Shown: piece after piece, positions 12,913 to 27,404 of the stretch
How positions within the stretch are numbered: the first letter of the stretch is position 1
How the letters are laid out: each line of letters begins with the position of its first letter
Assembly: GCA_964016885.1 (NCBI GenBank)
Contig: OZ024742.1
Location: 86,366,001-86,430,000, forward strand
Direction: 5' to 3'
DNA length: 64,000 nucleotides
Origin: Eledone cirrhosa
Taxonomy: Eukaryota
Made by a program: the position numbers and the translations under genes
The notes under the pieces: model-generated
What the model saw: the letters and a program-made list of their open reading frames with translations, nothing else
Database searches by the model: none
What the model was told of the DNA's origin: nothing

Positions 12913-12959
12913 GTGACGAAACATAAGTCAATTGCATGAACTCATAATCCTTTATTTAG

Positions 12960-13011
12960 TGCTATATATATTTCGATGATAGCCATTGAATGGCTATGAT
13001 CTCCTCAGGCA
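12960..13011 (-). ncRNA. Type I hammerhead ribozyme candidate in PLE-like 3' end
   Basis: ugc CUGAGGA gau c auagccauu c aauggcuau c auc GAAA u auau a UA gca; stem I weakened. A PDGLN-like GIY-YIG terminus lies upstream on the same strand (about 13200). Confidence 0.6.
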
Positions 13012-13812
13012 GTTAGTCAGTTCTTAGATATGCCAGCTCTGTGTTTATAGTGTTGATGGTATCAGAGCCTGGGGACATATGAGCGTGTTAGGAATAATTT
13101 AAGGTTGTCAGCAGGAATAGTCTTAATTCTCATTGTTCAGTTTGTAGATGCTGGTAGGGTTGGTATTTGACCTCAAAGAGGCAGGTGGTGTTATAAAGTT
13201 CAAACCGTCAGGCAAGATGACAATAGTTCCATATGACTGATTTTCACAAAAAGCATTCCTGGTCAGATATATATTCAATTAAGGTTAATAGTATGAAATA
13301 GATACTACAGGTCATTCTTAAATTAAAGAATTTATGTGGAGTGATGATACTGAAAATTATGGTTAGAGTAGAAAATTTACAAATAAAAAGACTCATGTAG
13401 GTTGGCTTGCACATACACTCACACCCACCTCCACAGACACAGACACACATCCACACATACACATTGAGGAAATAATGTGGGGTGGTAATACTTAAAATAA
13501 TGGTTAGAGTTAAATACTTAGATAGTTTAGAAAATTCAGAAATAAATGGACTTATGTTGGTTGACTTATACATACACTCACATCTACCCCCCTCAGGCAC
13601 ACACACATCTACACACACACATCAATACAGGTGTGCATATATATATGTGTACGCACAAGTGCATATATATATATACAACAGAGGCTCCCAAATCCAAGTA
13701 TAAGGCAGACATAAAACTAGGTGGGTGTTATTTAAAAAAAAAGTAAAGTGGGTGTTTGGAAAAGTTATTGTTTAGACTAGACATATATATTTGTTATTGT
13801 TTAGATTATATA

Positions 13813-13887
<75 letters not shown>

Positions 13888-14125
13888 TTTGTGTATATGT
13901 TCGTTGTATACCACATCTCAGTATGCAGATTGGAGCACTCGACGAAGTGCGCTGGTTGGTTTGGTTACTCCGGAGTAATGTAAAATAAAAAAAAATAAAT
14001 AAGACAAATGTTTAAAATTTGGCTTCGTTTATTACTGCTATATATATTTCGGAAATAAACGAAGTAATAAACGAAGCCAAATTTTAAACAATTGACTTAT
14101 TTATTTTATTTATATATATATTTAT

Positions 14126-14196
<71 letters not shown>

Positions 14197-14264
14197 AAGC
14201 ATGTATGTATGTATGTATGTATGTATGTATGTATGTATGTATGTATGTATGTATGTATGTATGT

Positions 14265-14892
14265 ATCGGTAAACCGATACGTGCATATATATATATGTGC
14301 ATGTATGTATATATATATATATACATACTACTCTACGTCTGTATACATATATGTATGTACGTATACATACATACTTACATACATACTTACATTTAAGTAA
14401 GTGCCGCAATAAGAGTGAGAAATGAAATTTCGTTTCATTCTATTCCATTTATCGTTTTCCTTGTGCCCGTCCGATTGAACTCACACGATATGCATATTAG
14501 GCTGCTCAGCCGTTAATATGCATAAGGAATGTATTTACGCCCAGACGTTCAACCATCTGGCAGGAAGGTATAGGATGCTGAAGATAGCTAATAAGATTGA
14601 AACTAGCACATCGTTCCTGTGTCACTGTTGAACAAGAAGTTGACGTGGTTGCCTAAACACTGTACGGCGTAATTCGGGCTGTTTGTTTGTTTACAAACAA
14701 ACCGAGTATTATAATAAATGTTTGGTAAACCGATACGTGCATATATATATATCTATATGTGCATGTATGTATATATACATACTACTGTACGTCTGTATAC
14801 ATATATGTATGTACGTATACATACATACATACATTTAAGTAAGTGCTGTACTATGAGTGAGAAATGAAATTTCGTTTCATTCTATTCCATTT
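14265..14892 (+). mobile_element. ~430-bp HHR-bearing repeat, about 1.4 tandem copies
   Basis: ggtaaaccgatacgtgcatatata...gaaatgaaatttcgtttcattctattccattt occurs twice. HHR at 14574-14612: gatg CTGAAGA tagctaataagatt GAAAC ta gca catc (cleavage-site U mutated). Confidence 0.8.
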
Positions 14893-14975
14893 ATATATAT
14901 ATATAAATATATATTTCGTTTCTGAATTTGTTTAGTAACATTCTTTATCTGAAAACGTGTGTTGAAACCGATATT

Positions 14976-15435
14976 TTTATACTTTGGGAAGGTCATGTTG
15001 CCAATAAGAAACACACGCACCAGTTGCTTTCACTTCAATTTATAAATTTACGAATTTATACATTTCCGGTTGGTTGGTTGGTTCCACAACCAGACGATTG
15101 ATCATATATTGTCAAAGTTTTTTCGTCACACATTCTGTGACCTCTTCAGTGACTGGGGATTCTTTTCTTCTCATCTCTTTGTTTTTGTGCCTCTCCTTTG
15201 TCCTGTCCTACGCCATCTTGTTTGTTTGTGTGTTGTGTGCTTAGTTTGCGCATGTCTTACATCCGGGTGTCGGTGTGTGTTTATATTTGTTTATTTATTT
15301 GTTTTGGTTGTGGAATCAACCAACCAACCGGAAATTTATAATTTCCTAAATTTATAAATATAATTTATAATAAATTGAAGTGAAAGCAAGTGGTGCGTGT
15401 GTTTCTTATTGGCAACATGACCCTCTCAAAGTATA
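14976..15435. repeat. Fold-back repeat (arms 14976-15092 and 15305-15435) with degenerate HHR at 15111-15153 (-)
   Basis: ggtcatgttgccaataagaaacacacgcacc versus ggtgcgtgtgtttcttattggcaacatgacc; guca CUGAAGA ggucacagaaugugugac GAAA...ugac. The same arm recurs at about 40397-40450. Confidence 0.75.
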
Positions 15436-15439
15436 ACAA

Positions 15440-15482
<43 letters not shown>

Positions 15483-15533
15483 TATATATATTATTAGAAA
15501 TAATTCTTATATATATATATCGAAAATATTCTT

Positions 15534-15734
<201 letters not shown>

Positions 15735-16005
15735 TATACATATATATAGATTGACGTGTGTGTGTGTGTGTGCGTGTTCGTATGTGTATATATGTGTGTC
15801 AGTGTGTTTTATATTTATGTATTTGTATGTGTTGGCTGGCTTTATATTGTGCTTCAATAATCAATATCTCCTTCTTATCGATGTTTAATCTATTTGCCTA
15901 TAAGGCAGGGATGTAAAAATATGAATATAAAGAACATTATTCGTACCGTGTTTAGATAAAACTAAATATTCGGTCTACTATTTATAGGATTTATACAAAT
16001 AAATG

Positions 16006-16094
<89 letters not shown>

Positions 16095-17689
16095 ATGTAT
16101 GTGGGTGCGTGGGGTGGGGGTGTCTGTGTGCGTTTCTGCGTGTGTGTATGTATGTATAAGGATATATAATATGTGTATGTAAAAATTTGAGTTTCAAGTT
16201 AAGATAAATATATTTTCAGCTTATTTATGTGTTGATTGTACGCTGTCTGTGATTTATCGATGTAGTTTTAAATGTTGCTTTGAATTCCTTGTATATATGA
16301 CGTATATTCCAGTTTCAGTAACATTGATATGCGCTGTTACAGTATTTCTTCCTATATCTGATTAAACGCATGTATTTATAAGTGTGTATTTATCTGTTTG
16401 TGTGTAAGTGTACAATTGAACGTCCATATATTCATATATATATGGAATTTGAATTAAAAATATGTAAAATATATATATACATATATAAAATGATATTAAA
16501 TAAATGGAAACTATATTTATAAAACCATATTTATTTTATTATATATATTTCAAATAGTAACCAAGACAACATTGGTACGCTTTCATCAGATAAAATACAA
16601 AGTTTGTTTTATAAATCATACTTTATCGGTTGGAAATTCACTGGATAGTGGAAATATATTAGGGATTATTCAAACTTATGTGTGAATATGCAAATGAATA
16701 TTTAAATAATTGAAAAACAACCGATTATTTAAATGACACTGGAGAAAGAGAAAGAGAAAAAATATAAGTGTATAGAGATAAAAAAATATTACAAGAGCGA
16801 TAGAGAGGAGAAATTAACAAGAGGATGAATAAAACTCATATAACATTAATTTAGGGGAAATATATGTCTAATAGTACGTGTATTTACGATTAATTAGTTG
16901 TTTAAAATTATTTTCTAATATAATATTTTCTGTTATACGTATATAGAAACATAAATAGATAGAAAAATAGATAGAAAATAAATAAATAAATAAATAGATA
17001 AATAAATAAATAAATAAATAAATAATTAAATAGATAAATAGATAAATAGATAAATACATGAATAAATGAGTATATCGTGTTATAGATAATTGTTTTAATG
17101 AGTTATGAGGGATATTGGTTTTGTATTAATGTAAGTAAATATTAAGCTAAATTAAATTAAGTTAACTGAGTTAATAAGAATATTTATATTTATATATTTT
17201 AAAATGGGAAGATACGGAAAAAACTCAAGTTTTCTTTAGTTATTCATTAGTATGAGATTATTTTGTAAAAATAAGTATAAATGTTGAAAGATATATTTAG
17301 CCAGAATTAGTTAGTGTTTATAAATCTAATAAAAGTCATAGAAAAAATATAAAAAATTCGAGTACATTTTTTTAAAAAATAATTTATAAGAGATAAGTAA
17401 TTTTTAAAAGTTAAGTAATTTTTCAAAATAGATAAAAAATTAAAGAAATAAAAAATAAAGAATTAAACATTATTAAGATTAAAATTATAATTAAAATTAA
17501 AATTAAAATTAAAATTAAAATTTAAAAATTTAGAATTATATATATATATATTTTTTATGAAACTTTCAGAAGTGAAATTATAGCAAATGATATGATTTAG
17601 AGATATCAATATATTAAAACCAAGTGTATGAGATTGTTATGGAAATAAGTAGAAATATTATAAGTGTAATTATAATTTATATATATTTC

Positions 17690-18810
17690 TAAATGTTGAA
17701 TTCATGCGATGTCTACAAGAACGAAAAAAAGTTGTCCTTATATTAAGAAAGTTCTTACATTTAAGTATGAAACAAATTTCCTCAACACACAATTGGCAGA
17801 ATCTAGATAAAGCTGTGTTTCATTACGCGGGTGCTTTGAAATTATTTCCCAAGTTAATGAATAGTCCATATTTTTGCATTTTAAGTTCCATATCAGGTTT
17901 GAAATAGAAGTTGAAGAGTTTTTATCAAATCTTAGGAAAGAGCATTTGTGATTATTCCAGCGAATTTTAAATTCTGTAGAAGTTGCACCTACATATTTAA
18001 ATATATTATCACTGATTTTAACTATACATTTATAGATCACATGCTTATCTAAACACTTATTTTGTAACGGACGGTTTAATTTAATTCTACAGTTATATTT
18101 TGCCGAGTTGTTGTTATTCAGAACGGTACTATTATGTTGGATATTTTTAGAGATATTACTGCTATTTTGGTTATTTTGGTTAGGGTTTAAATTTCTATTA
18201 TTGATTCTATTTATATTTTGTACTATGTTCAGAGTAGTAGAGTAAGATAGTTTTATAGTATGTCTGTTAAAGATTGAATGGTATCTGTGGGCTTTAGGAA
18301 AACATTTATCTAATGCTTTAAATAATAGCTTTGCTAAAGGTGTTTTAACGGTTAATGAGAATGGGGGTGCGTACCAAATAATATTTCTAGTTCTATTTCT
18401 TCTGTTAGTTTTAGAGTTTAAGTTAGATTTTTTATAGTAATTATAATTAATAGTATGGTTATTTGCATTATCACTGTTGTCGATGTATTTAATCTTATTT
18501 ATATAGCCTGCTCTATTTAAAACTTCATTATGCTATCCGGCCTTATCGTCAAAAATGTTTTTATTAGCGGAGATGCGTGAAATACGTTGTTGGATAGCAT
18601 TGACAAGATTGTTCTTGATAGATCTAGGATGATTAGAGTAAAAAATACATGGTTTAGATTCTCATTAATTTTATGGAACAGATAGTAGAGTCCTTTATTA
18701 AGGTTTAATCATTACGTCTAAAAAGATAACAATGTTATAGTTATTCTCTATTTCTAACTTAGGGTTGTAGCTATTGAAGAATTGTATTATGGATTTTCTT
18801 TTTCTATTAA
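17690..18810 (-). mobile_element. Penelope-like element (RT thumb region, linker and GIY-YIG), degraded
   Basis: Minus strand: RNIIWYAPPFS..KTPLAK...DKCFPKAHRYHSIFNRHTIKLSYS...NCRIKLNRPLQNKC...IYKCIV...KYVGATSTEFKIRWNNHKCSF...IWNLK...WEII. Confidence 0.88.
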
Positions 18811-18872
18811 TTACACAATTACTATGATTTTCTATATACACACACACACACACATACAAACACACACACACA

Positions 18873-19047
<175 letters not shown>

Positions 19048-19061
19048 GTATATAAATGGAA

Positions 19062-19506
19062 AAGAATGAAACGAAATTTCATTTCTCACTCTTAGTACGG
19101 CTGATACCTAAATATAAGTATGTATACGTACATGCATATATGTGTACAGACGCACAGTAGTATACATATATATACATACATGCACACACATATATATCTA
19201 CGTATGGGTTAACCGAACAAAAGGAAAGTACATACTTTCAGACGTTCAATCATCTGACAGAAAGTTATACGATGTTGACGACAGCTAATAAGCTTGAAAA
19301 TAGTTCATCGTTCCTGTGTCAGTGTTGAAGAAAAGGGCGATGATGGTTGCTGAGCACTGTACAGCGTAATTCGGGCTGTTTGTTTACAAACAAACCGAAC
19401 ATTATAATAAATGTTCAGTAAACCCATACGTACATATATATGTGTGCATGTATGTATATATATACATACTTCTGTGCGTCTGTACACATATATGTATTTA
19501 CATTTA

Positions 19507-19510
<4 letters not shown>
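19062..19510. mobile_element. ~430-bp HHR repeat family copy with inversion at about 19220
   Basis: Forward block, then reversed block; decayed HHR at 19270-19310 (cgatg ttgacga cagctaataagctt gaaaa tagtt catcg); (TA)n on both sides. Confidence 0.75.
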
Positions 19511-19571
<61 letters not shown>

Positions 19572-19686
19572 GAAAAAGTATGACCCCGACGGCAGAGCTC
19601 AAGCAGTTTCGACGGCTATTTCTGGCCTCAGTATTGAGTACTCTGGTGCGTTATGGTCCATTTGGTTCATTACCACAATTCCTTTG

Positions 19687-19765
<79 letters not shown>

Positions 19766-21947
19766 TATATAGATGTATGCAAATGCATATATGTATTTAT
19801 TTAGCTGTTGCAAAATTGTTCTCATAATAAGTATAAATATGTGACCATATGCGTTAACAACACGGTGAAAAACTATATTTTCAAGGAACTAATTGCTTTT
19901 TTTAATGTTAATTATTATATTTTTCCAAATATAATTCATTAGTAGAGAAAAGCAATGAAGAATGAGATGAGTGTCTCGTTATGAATGAAAACAAACAGGG
20001 TATAGAATTTTTCTCTCTCTTTTTTGTTGCACGAGCACACTATACCCACCATTTTTGCCGATGAGAATGGTATACATTTTTTCTAGATTCGTTATATTCG
20101 CCTTGGTCATAGCAACACACTCTGTACTGAAGTGTCAGTAAGGTATGTCTTCTGTAGATTTTGTTTATTGAAAATTTGCTTGAGGTGATCATTTGCATAT
20201 ACAATTGAAACATCAGCTGAAAATGGTCATTTGCGTATGGCTCAGACGTCATTGTCTACAATACACTAGCTGTTATAAACATATCGGTCATGAAAATTAA
20301 ATTTAAATGATCTCGAAATATGTATTTTATAGACATATTTGATGACATGCTTTCTCCTTGATGAGCAAATTTGCACCTTAATGCAGTTCGCTAAATGCGT
20401 GTAACGTGAATCAAAAGTGTCAATAATTTTAGTTAGAGAAGAAAACAATGATGACTTAGTACTACATTCTATAGCTATTAGAATAAATTAATATGTCAAT
20501 ATGTACATTTCATCTCGTATTTTGCAGCCACATTAGAACTTAAATTATAAATTCTAGAGAGACGTGTCAATATAAAAACGAAACAAAAGGGAAGCAACTT
20601 GTGTTACACAAGGAGCTCATGTGTTAAGTTGAAATATCTAAAAAAAGCAAATTCAGTTAATCCAGTCTAGAACATTTCAGAATACATTTCGCTTCATGAG
20701 GACGACCGAAGAACTCGTGACGGGTATTTAAGCAGTGTTTTGCTGAAGTAGGGGGTGAGAGTATATTCCACTTCGAGTTACACAGTTGGCAAAATCCCTT
20801 CCATTGACATTGGGGGGGGGGGTTCCAGCATCCTCCATTTAGTGGAAAAGAGTTTGCTGTTATTTTGATGTCCTACATAGCACTGGAATTGAGTGGTAGG
20901 CTTTTTGTCTGGATATAGAGAATATTATTTTTTTTTTACAGAAAACGGTCTTTAAAGCGGCACGCAGACATTCGTACATGCGTCCAGGCTCGTGGTCTTG
21001 GTTGTTGGAGGTCAACTATACTTCATATATCACCGCTGGAGTGTTATACTTCTTATCCAGGGCTCCTGCCTCTGGCTTTCATCGCAAGCATCCGTAAGGT
21101 AGAAGTATATGCATTTGATGGTGATGTGGGATGTATGCTACTAGTACAAGTGTAGCCTATAGATATTGCTCGATATTGTGAGACCACCATCTCAATATTG
21201 GCATGTATAAAAGTCAGGTAATTTTTTACGTAGTATGTCTAAGATAAAATGCACAGAGAATCGCATTTATCAGTACAGTCAAATGATTCCAACCGTACGT
21301 ACAATAGGTCACATATAGTGGATATCTTAACTATTTCAACATTATCACACTGATTACGTGTGGATTGTTTTCTAATAGGTATTTTAATAATTCCTAATTC
21401 AGCTTTGGCAGAGCTTATTAGTGAAGTTATATGCACGATCCTATATATTGATAGGAATAATTTTGAGAGAATAATAGGATTTTCCCTACCACAAAACGTA
21501 AATATAGTCTCTCATAGATGTTTTAGTGTAAAAGTAGTTTCTAGAAGAAATATCAGATATATTACTCAGATTATTCAAACATGATATATAGCATATTGAA
21601 ACAATATATAATTCTTTTAGCATCAATATTGCTAAGTTGTTATGGAATGCATTCTTTTAATTTCCGATCAATCAAATAACTAATAGCTGAGAAATGTTGG
21701 CTCATGTATTTTCAATTAGCCGCACATAACATATATAGTTCAAATATTTCGAATAGACTTTTAGATATATATTAAAATAAATAAGATATATTTACGTGAA
21801 TAACAATACTTTAAACAGATAGGTGTCTTGATACAAAACTACACAAACTGGCGTACCAATTTATAAATATTTTAGTGTAACGACAGTTATATATAAATGT
21901 ACATATGTACAAATGAAATGTATGAATATTAAGTATATATATATATA

Positions 21948-22084
21948 ATTGTTTCTACTTTTTGAAACAAGGCCAGCAAATACCCAGTACTTTATTTTAT
22001 CGACCCCGTAAGGATAAAAGGCAAAGTTAACCTAGGCGGGATTTGAGCTCAGAATGGCAAGGGCCGTAACTCTATGCGTCAAAG
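21948..22084 (-). mobile_element. tRNA-derived SINE, 5'-truncated
   Basis: Same family as 6229-6410. Confidence 0.8.
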
Positions 22085-22633
22085 AATATATATATAATGA
22101 AGGATGAAGTGGAAATTATATTTTGAATTCTAATTCCGCGAAAACACTATACATATTTCGATGATCCATCTTCATCATAATCAGATGGATCATCTAAATG
22201 TGTATCGTGTTTTCGTCGAAATAATATACTAAAGAAAATGTTCATTCCTGGCTTCTGTTTTTTTCATGTATAATAAACTCCATTCCAGCAACAGCTACGG
22301 GACACCACATCTACAATAATTTGCATCACGTCGAGTGCTATGGTGTATTAGAACATCATTTACCATCTTGTATCACCAGTTCTGCCCACTGGTAAACAAC
22401 CTAACATAAATTATATATATATATATATGGGGGGGGGGGGGGGGTATGCGTGTCTGTCAGTCTGTTTGGTTCTCTGTGCACTGTCAATTCAAAAAATCTT
22501 CAGAAACTTTGATAACTCTATTGAAAATAAAAAATACATTTATTCAATAATTTAGCAGCAGTTATTCCGCCTCAAGCTTTGAATAAAGGAATCCTCTTAA
22601 ATGAATTTAATACAGACCCCCCCCCCCACACAC

Positions 22634-22685
<52 letters not shown>

Positions 22686-22756
22686 GTGTGTGTGTGTGTG
22701 TGTGAAGAACAATTTAAGAGACATCCTTTATTATAGTTAAGATTATTTCTTTAATA

Positions 22757-23487
22757 TAAGTATGTATACGTACATACATATATGTATACAGACGTACAGT
22801 AGTATGTATATATATATACATACATGCACACATATATATATATATATACGTATGGATTCACCAAATATTATTATAATGCTCAGTGTGTTTGTAAACAAAC
22901 ATCCCGAATTAAGCCGTACAGTGTCTAGCAACCATCGTTGCTCATTTGTTCAACACTGACAAAGGAACGATGTACTAGTTTCAAGCTTATTAGCTTTCGA
23001 CAGCAACGTGCACCTTCCTGCCAGATGGTTGAACGTCTGAAAGTATAAACTTTTCTTATGCATATTAACGGCTGAGCAGCCTAATTTGCATTTCGAGTGA
23101 GTTAATCGGACTGGATACCGAAAACGATAAACTGAGAAAATGAAACGAAATTTCATTTCTCACTCTTAGTACGGCTGTTACTTAAATATAAGTATATATA
23201 CGTACATACATATATGTATACAGACGTACAGTAGTATGTATATATATATATACACACTTGCACACATATATATATATGTACGTATGAATTCACCGAACAT
23301 TTATTATAATGCTCGGTGTGTTTCTAAACAAACATCCCGAATTAAGCCGCACAGTGTCTAGCAACCATCGTTGCTCATTTGTTCAACACTGACAAAGGAG
23401 CGCTGTACTAGTTTCAAGCTTATTAGCTATCGTCACCAACGTATACCTTCCTGACAGATGGTTGAACGTCTGAAAGTATAAACTTAT
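22757..23487 (-). mobile_element. ~430-bp HHR repeat family, about 1.7 tandem copies
   Basis: Unit restarts at about 23188; both copies carry tgtactagtttcaagcttattagct (reverse: agcu aaua agcu u GAAAC ua GUA ca). Confidence 0.8.
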
Positions 23488-23555
23488 TTCTTTATTTTTA
23501 ATATTATTTCTATCACTCTATTATAATATAGCATGGGATATTCGATGTAGGAATG

Positions 23556-23788
23556 TCTTCTTCTTCTTCTTCTTCTTCTTCTTCTTCTTCTTCTTCTTCT
23601 TCTTCTTCTTCTTCTTCTTCTTCTTCTTCTTCTTCTTCTTCTTCTTCTTCTTCTTCTTCTCCTCCTCCTCCTCCTCCTCCTCCTCCTCCTCCTCCTCCTC
23701 CTCCTCTCCTCCTCCTCCTCTTCTTCCTCCCCATTCTTCCTCCTCCTACCCTTTCTTCTACTTCTCCTTGTTCTTCTTCCTCTTCTCC
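23556..23788. repeat. (TCT)n/(CCT)n microsatellite
   Basis: Direct trinucleotide tracts. Confidence 0.95.
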
Positions 23789-24997
23789 AAATTATCTATG
23801 AGAGAATCCTTGGTGACAGATTCCTTAGACACACATTCCAGAGGGTCTTTTCTACAGCAATTAAGCCAAAAAACCTTTCCGGGTGAATGCCCAATGAAGG
23901 TCAAACGAGATTCCGGTTTTTAACAGACCGTCTTGCTGGTTGTGTACCCATTGACGATAATATTTCCACTTATATGTTGATCAGCATCCTTTCCTTATTT
24001 GAGAAGCTGTACTCAATGCAGTAGTTCCAACAATTGTTTCACTTAATTGAGACTCTACTCTTCTATTAAAACTTGGAAATTCCCCATAATTACTTCATCT
24101 CAACATCTTACAGTGTAACACCGTGTAGGGGTAGGTCGTGTTCGAACTAAAAGACGAAGAGCGTCGATTTAGCTGAGCACAAAACAAAACCGACCAATAT
24201 TTACTGTGTTTGACTACGTTTAACCGGTGGCAATACAAAGATAATAACGCTTGTTACGTTGATTTCGAAAAAAAATGCTTACGACTGTGTTCTACTAGAA
24301 ATGTTGTAGGTTCTGCTAGATATGGGATGGATGAGTATATTCTTGGATTCCTTATGTGAATCTCCTTTTATTTCTGTTTGTTTAAAAGTCAAAAGCACAG
24401 GGTGTCCGTTTGGTCCACGATCCAACTATGGATGTGTTTATTCACTTCTGTTGTTCTGAAAATGCATGTATATGATTCAAATGTCTAGCAGTTTTAGTAT
24501 TGATATCAAAAGTGTTTGAGCAGTTTCAATCGACTGGAATCTGCTGAAAAATATATTTATCTAATTGTCAGAATATAGTTTTTTACACGTTCTAAATGAA
24601 CGCTGCATTTATCGGGAGACTAGTCCTCCTTAGAGAATTGGTGCACAATGAACTTCGGTATACAGCAAAGGCTAAAGCAAACAAACCAACACAATATATA
24701 TATGTTTGCTCTGATCTGCAAACAACACGGACACTCTATCTCAAAATTATTTTTGAAAAGCATTTAGAAATGCGCAACCGGTAAAAACTTAAAAATAATA
24801 GTGTATAAAATATTTTCATATCATTCCAATACAAAGGTCTGACGACATGGTGTGTTTGCTTACAGTGTACCTTCGGTTTATGATAATATTTTTATATTAT
24901 TCAAATAGCGAGGTATAGGTAACCCATACATTATAGAAACAATTGTTACCTAATAAATTCTTTATACCCGCATTTCCATTTCATAAACGTCTTCTCC

Positions 24998-25090
<93 letters not shown>

Positions 25091-25632
25091 TATAGATAGA
25101 CGGATAGATAGATAGGTAGATTCGTAGATAGATATAACTTTGAGTCTGTGTTGGTTGTTTACCGACTCTGCAGTATGCAGGTTGGAACATTACACGAAGT
25201 GCGCAGGTGGGTCTTTTTCCTCCGGAGTAATGTAAAAATAGCAAGTGTAAGTCAACAGGTTAAAAATAACTTCGTTTATTATAACGTATTAACGCTGTTT
25301 ATGATAAAACTGTAAAACGTAATTATTTCAGTTCCTTGGAGGATTGACACCACACTCTGGATCTGAACATATCAACAAATTAAGAAGGTAAAATCTATTC
25401 CAACATAATATATTTTTATCTGTTCAAGTTATAACTTACTGATGCGGTCATAGCTGTTGAATAATGGATATCACCGAAATATATGTAGCAGCCAATAGGA
25501 ATAAACAAAGTTATACAGTTTTGTCGTTTTCCTTCGCGTTACACTCCCTGGATATATATATATATATACACACACACACCCGCACACACACACACATACA
25601 CACGCGCACACACACACAATCCCCCCCCCCCC

Positions 25633-25688
<56 letters not shown>

Positions 25689-25870
25689 TATACATATATA
25701 TATACTTATATATATACATATATATGTATTTAAAGGTTAAACAAGATTCAATGAATAAATCAAAGAACGGGTTTTACAATAGATTGGAAGCACTCAACTG
25801 TATTGGTTTTTCGGAGTTATTAATATTAATTCAAAATATTAACAATAATAGAACTTCTTGTGATCAAGTA

Positions 25871-25937
25871 TATTTTATTATACATATTTCAGAGGTACTG
25901 AGCTACCTTCAACAGTACGTCCTCATCAGATAAAATA
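25871..25937 (-). ncRNA. Type I hammerhead ribozyme
   Basis: uauuuuau CUGAUGA gga c guacug...caguac c ucu GAAA u augu a UA auaaaaua; perfect 8-bp stem I. Confidence 0.75.
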
Positions 25938-27205
25938 AGATGATGCATGACATACCCTCACATAGTAGATGGTTAAGACCCAGTCATGGTAGTGAGTAAG
26001 ATGTGACAAAACTCAATATTGATATATCTTAAGATTTAGACATGAACAAACTTGCATATAATACATATAATACAGAGTGTGCGTGTGAGAAAGCTTAAAA
26101 ATACATAAATTGATCAAGGAAAGAGAGACGAAGAGGAATAATTGTTATAGTGTAAAACATAGGGTGGTATGAATTATATATATCTATACAGAATTATACA
26201 TTTGGCATAGCTTTGCGAAAGAGTAAACTCGAATCTTTGAATTATTGAATTATCAAGAAGTATTCATCAATCTAAATCTTAAATATAACAGGGTGTAAGT
26301 ATATGAAGGTTAATTTCCAGTCCTTAGTTAATTAGTTATATATACTATCCAAACGTAATCGGTTGACCGTTAACTTTCATATCATTTAAGTTAGTTCAGA
26401 GTAATGAATTAATCAAAGTGTATAATATATCAGGCTATAAAAGTTTATAAATATCTGTATTAATATTAAAGTATACTATCATATTTTATTCATAAAATCA
26501 TATTCTATGAAATCATATTTAAACTATTTGCAAATATGAGTAAGAAGGTATAATATTTTTATCCTCACGAAGGTAATTCTTATTAAATGTTATATTATAT
26601 TTAATTATTTATATTATATTGAAAATAATTCACATTATATAATTTATAAAATAATTACAGTTATAATTAAAAAAATTAAGATTAACAATTGCAATGCCTT
26701 AAAGCATCTAAGACCTTATAATTAAACTTTAAAACAGTTTATTATTAAATTAGATATATGCACTTGTCTAAATATAAACAAAGATTATATTGTCTAAAGA
26801 TTATGATGATACCTATCAGTTACATATAACATAATACAATACAATAAATAAGTTACTGATAAAATTGTTAAACATTTAGGTTTTAGATCAATTATTATAA
26901 TAGGATCATGTAATAAATATATACTATACATATACAAGTCAAACTTCATGAATCCTAAGGATTAGTAGCAGATTCAAAGTAAAAAAGTGAATTGTTTAAA
27001 TTATTTGAATCTCTAACAGTTATGTAAATTGCTGTTATGTATTTTTAAGCGTTCTCACACGCACACTCTGTATTATATGTATTATATGTAAGTTTGTTCA
27101 TGTCTAAATCTTAAGGTATATCAATATTGAGTTTTGTCACATCTTATTCACTACCATGACTGGATCTTAACCATCTACTATGTCAGGGTATGTCATGCAT
27201 CATCT

Positions 27206-27272
27206 TATTTTATCTGATGAGGACATACTTTTGAAGTTAGCTCAGTACCTCTGAAATATGTATAATAAAATA
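27206..27272 (+). ncRNA. Type I hammerhead ribozyme
   Basis: tattttat ctgatga ggacatact...agtacctct gaaa tatgta ta ataaaata; stem II partly decayed. Confidence 0.7.
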
Positions 27273-27322
27273 TACATGATGACAAGACGTTTTATTGTTA
27301 TTAATATTTTGAATTAATATAT

Positions 27323-27402
<80 letters not shown>

Positions 27403-27404
<2 letters not shown>

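Larger units (their letters stand above)
25822..27320. mobile_element. PLE-type fold-back: about 270-bp inverted arms (25822-26092, 27048-27320), each with an HHR
   Basis: Arms are reverse complements; HHRs at 25871-25937 (-) and 27206-27272 (+). Confidence 0.8.

Noticed and set aside
16560-16600. ctgatgaaagcgta motif on the minus strand
   Set aside because: No stem II and no stem I pairing.
23790-24110. RTE-like 3' fragment ending in a (GAA)n tail on the minus strand
   Set aside because: Only faint similarity (LTFIGH...IDNL); insufficient evidence.
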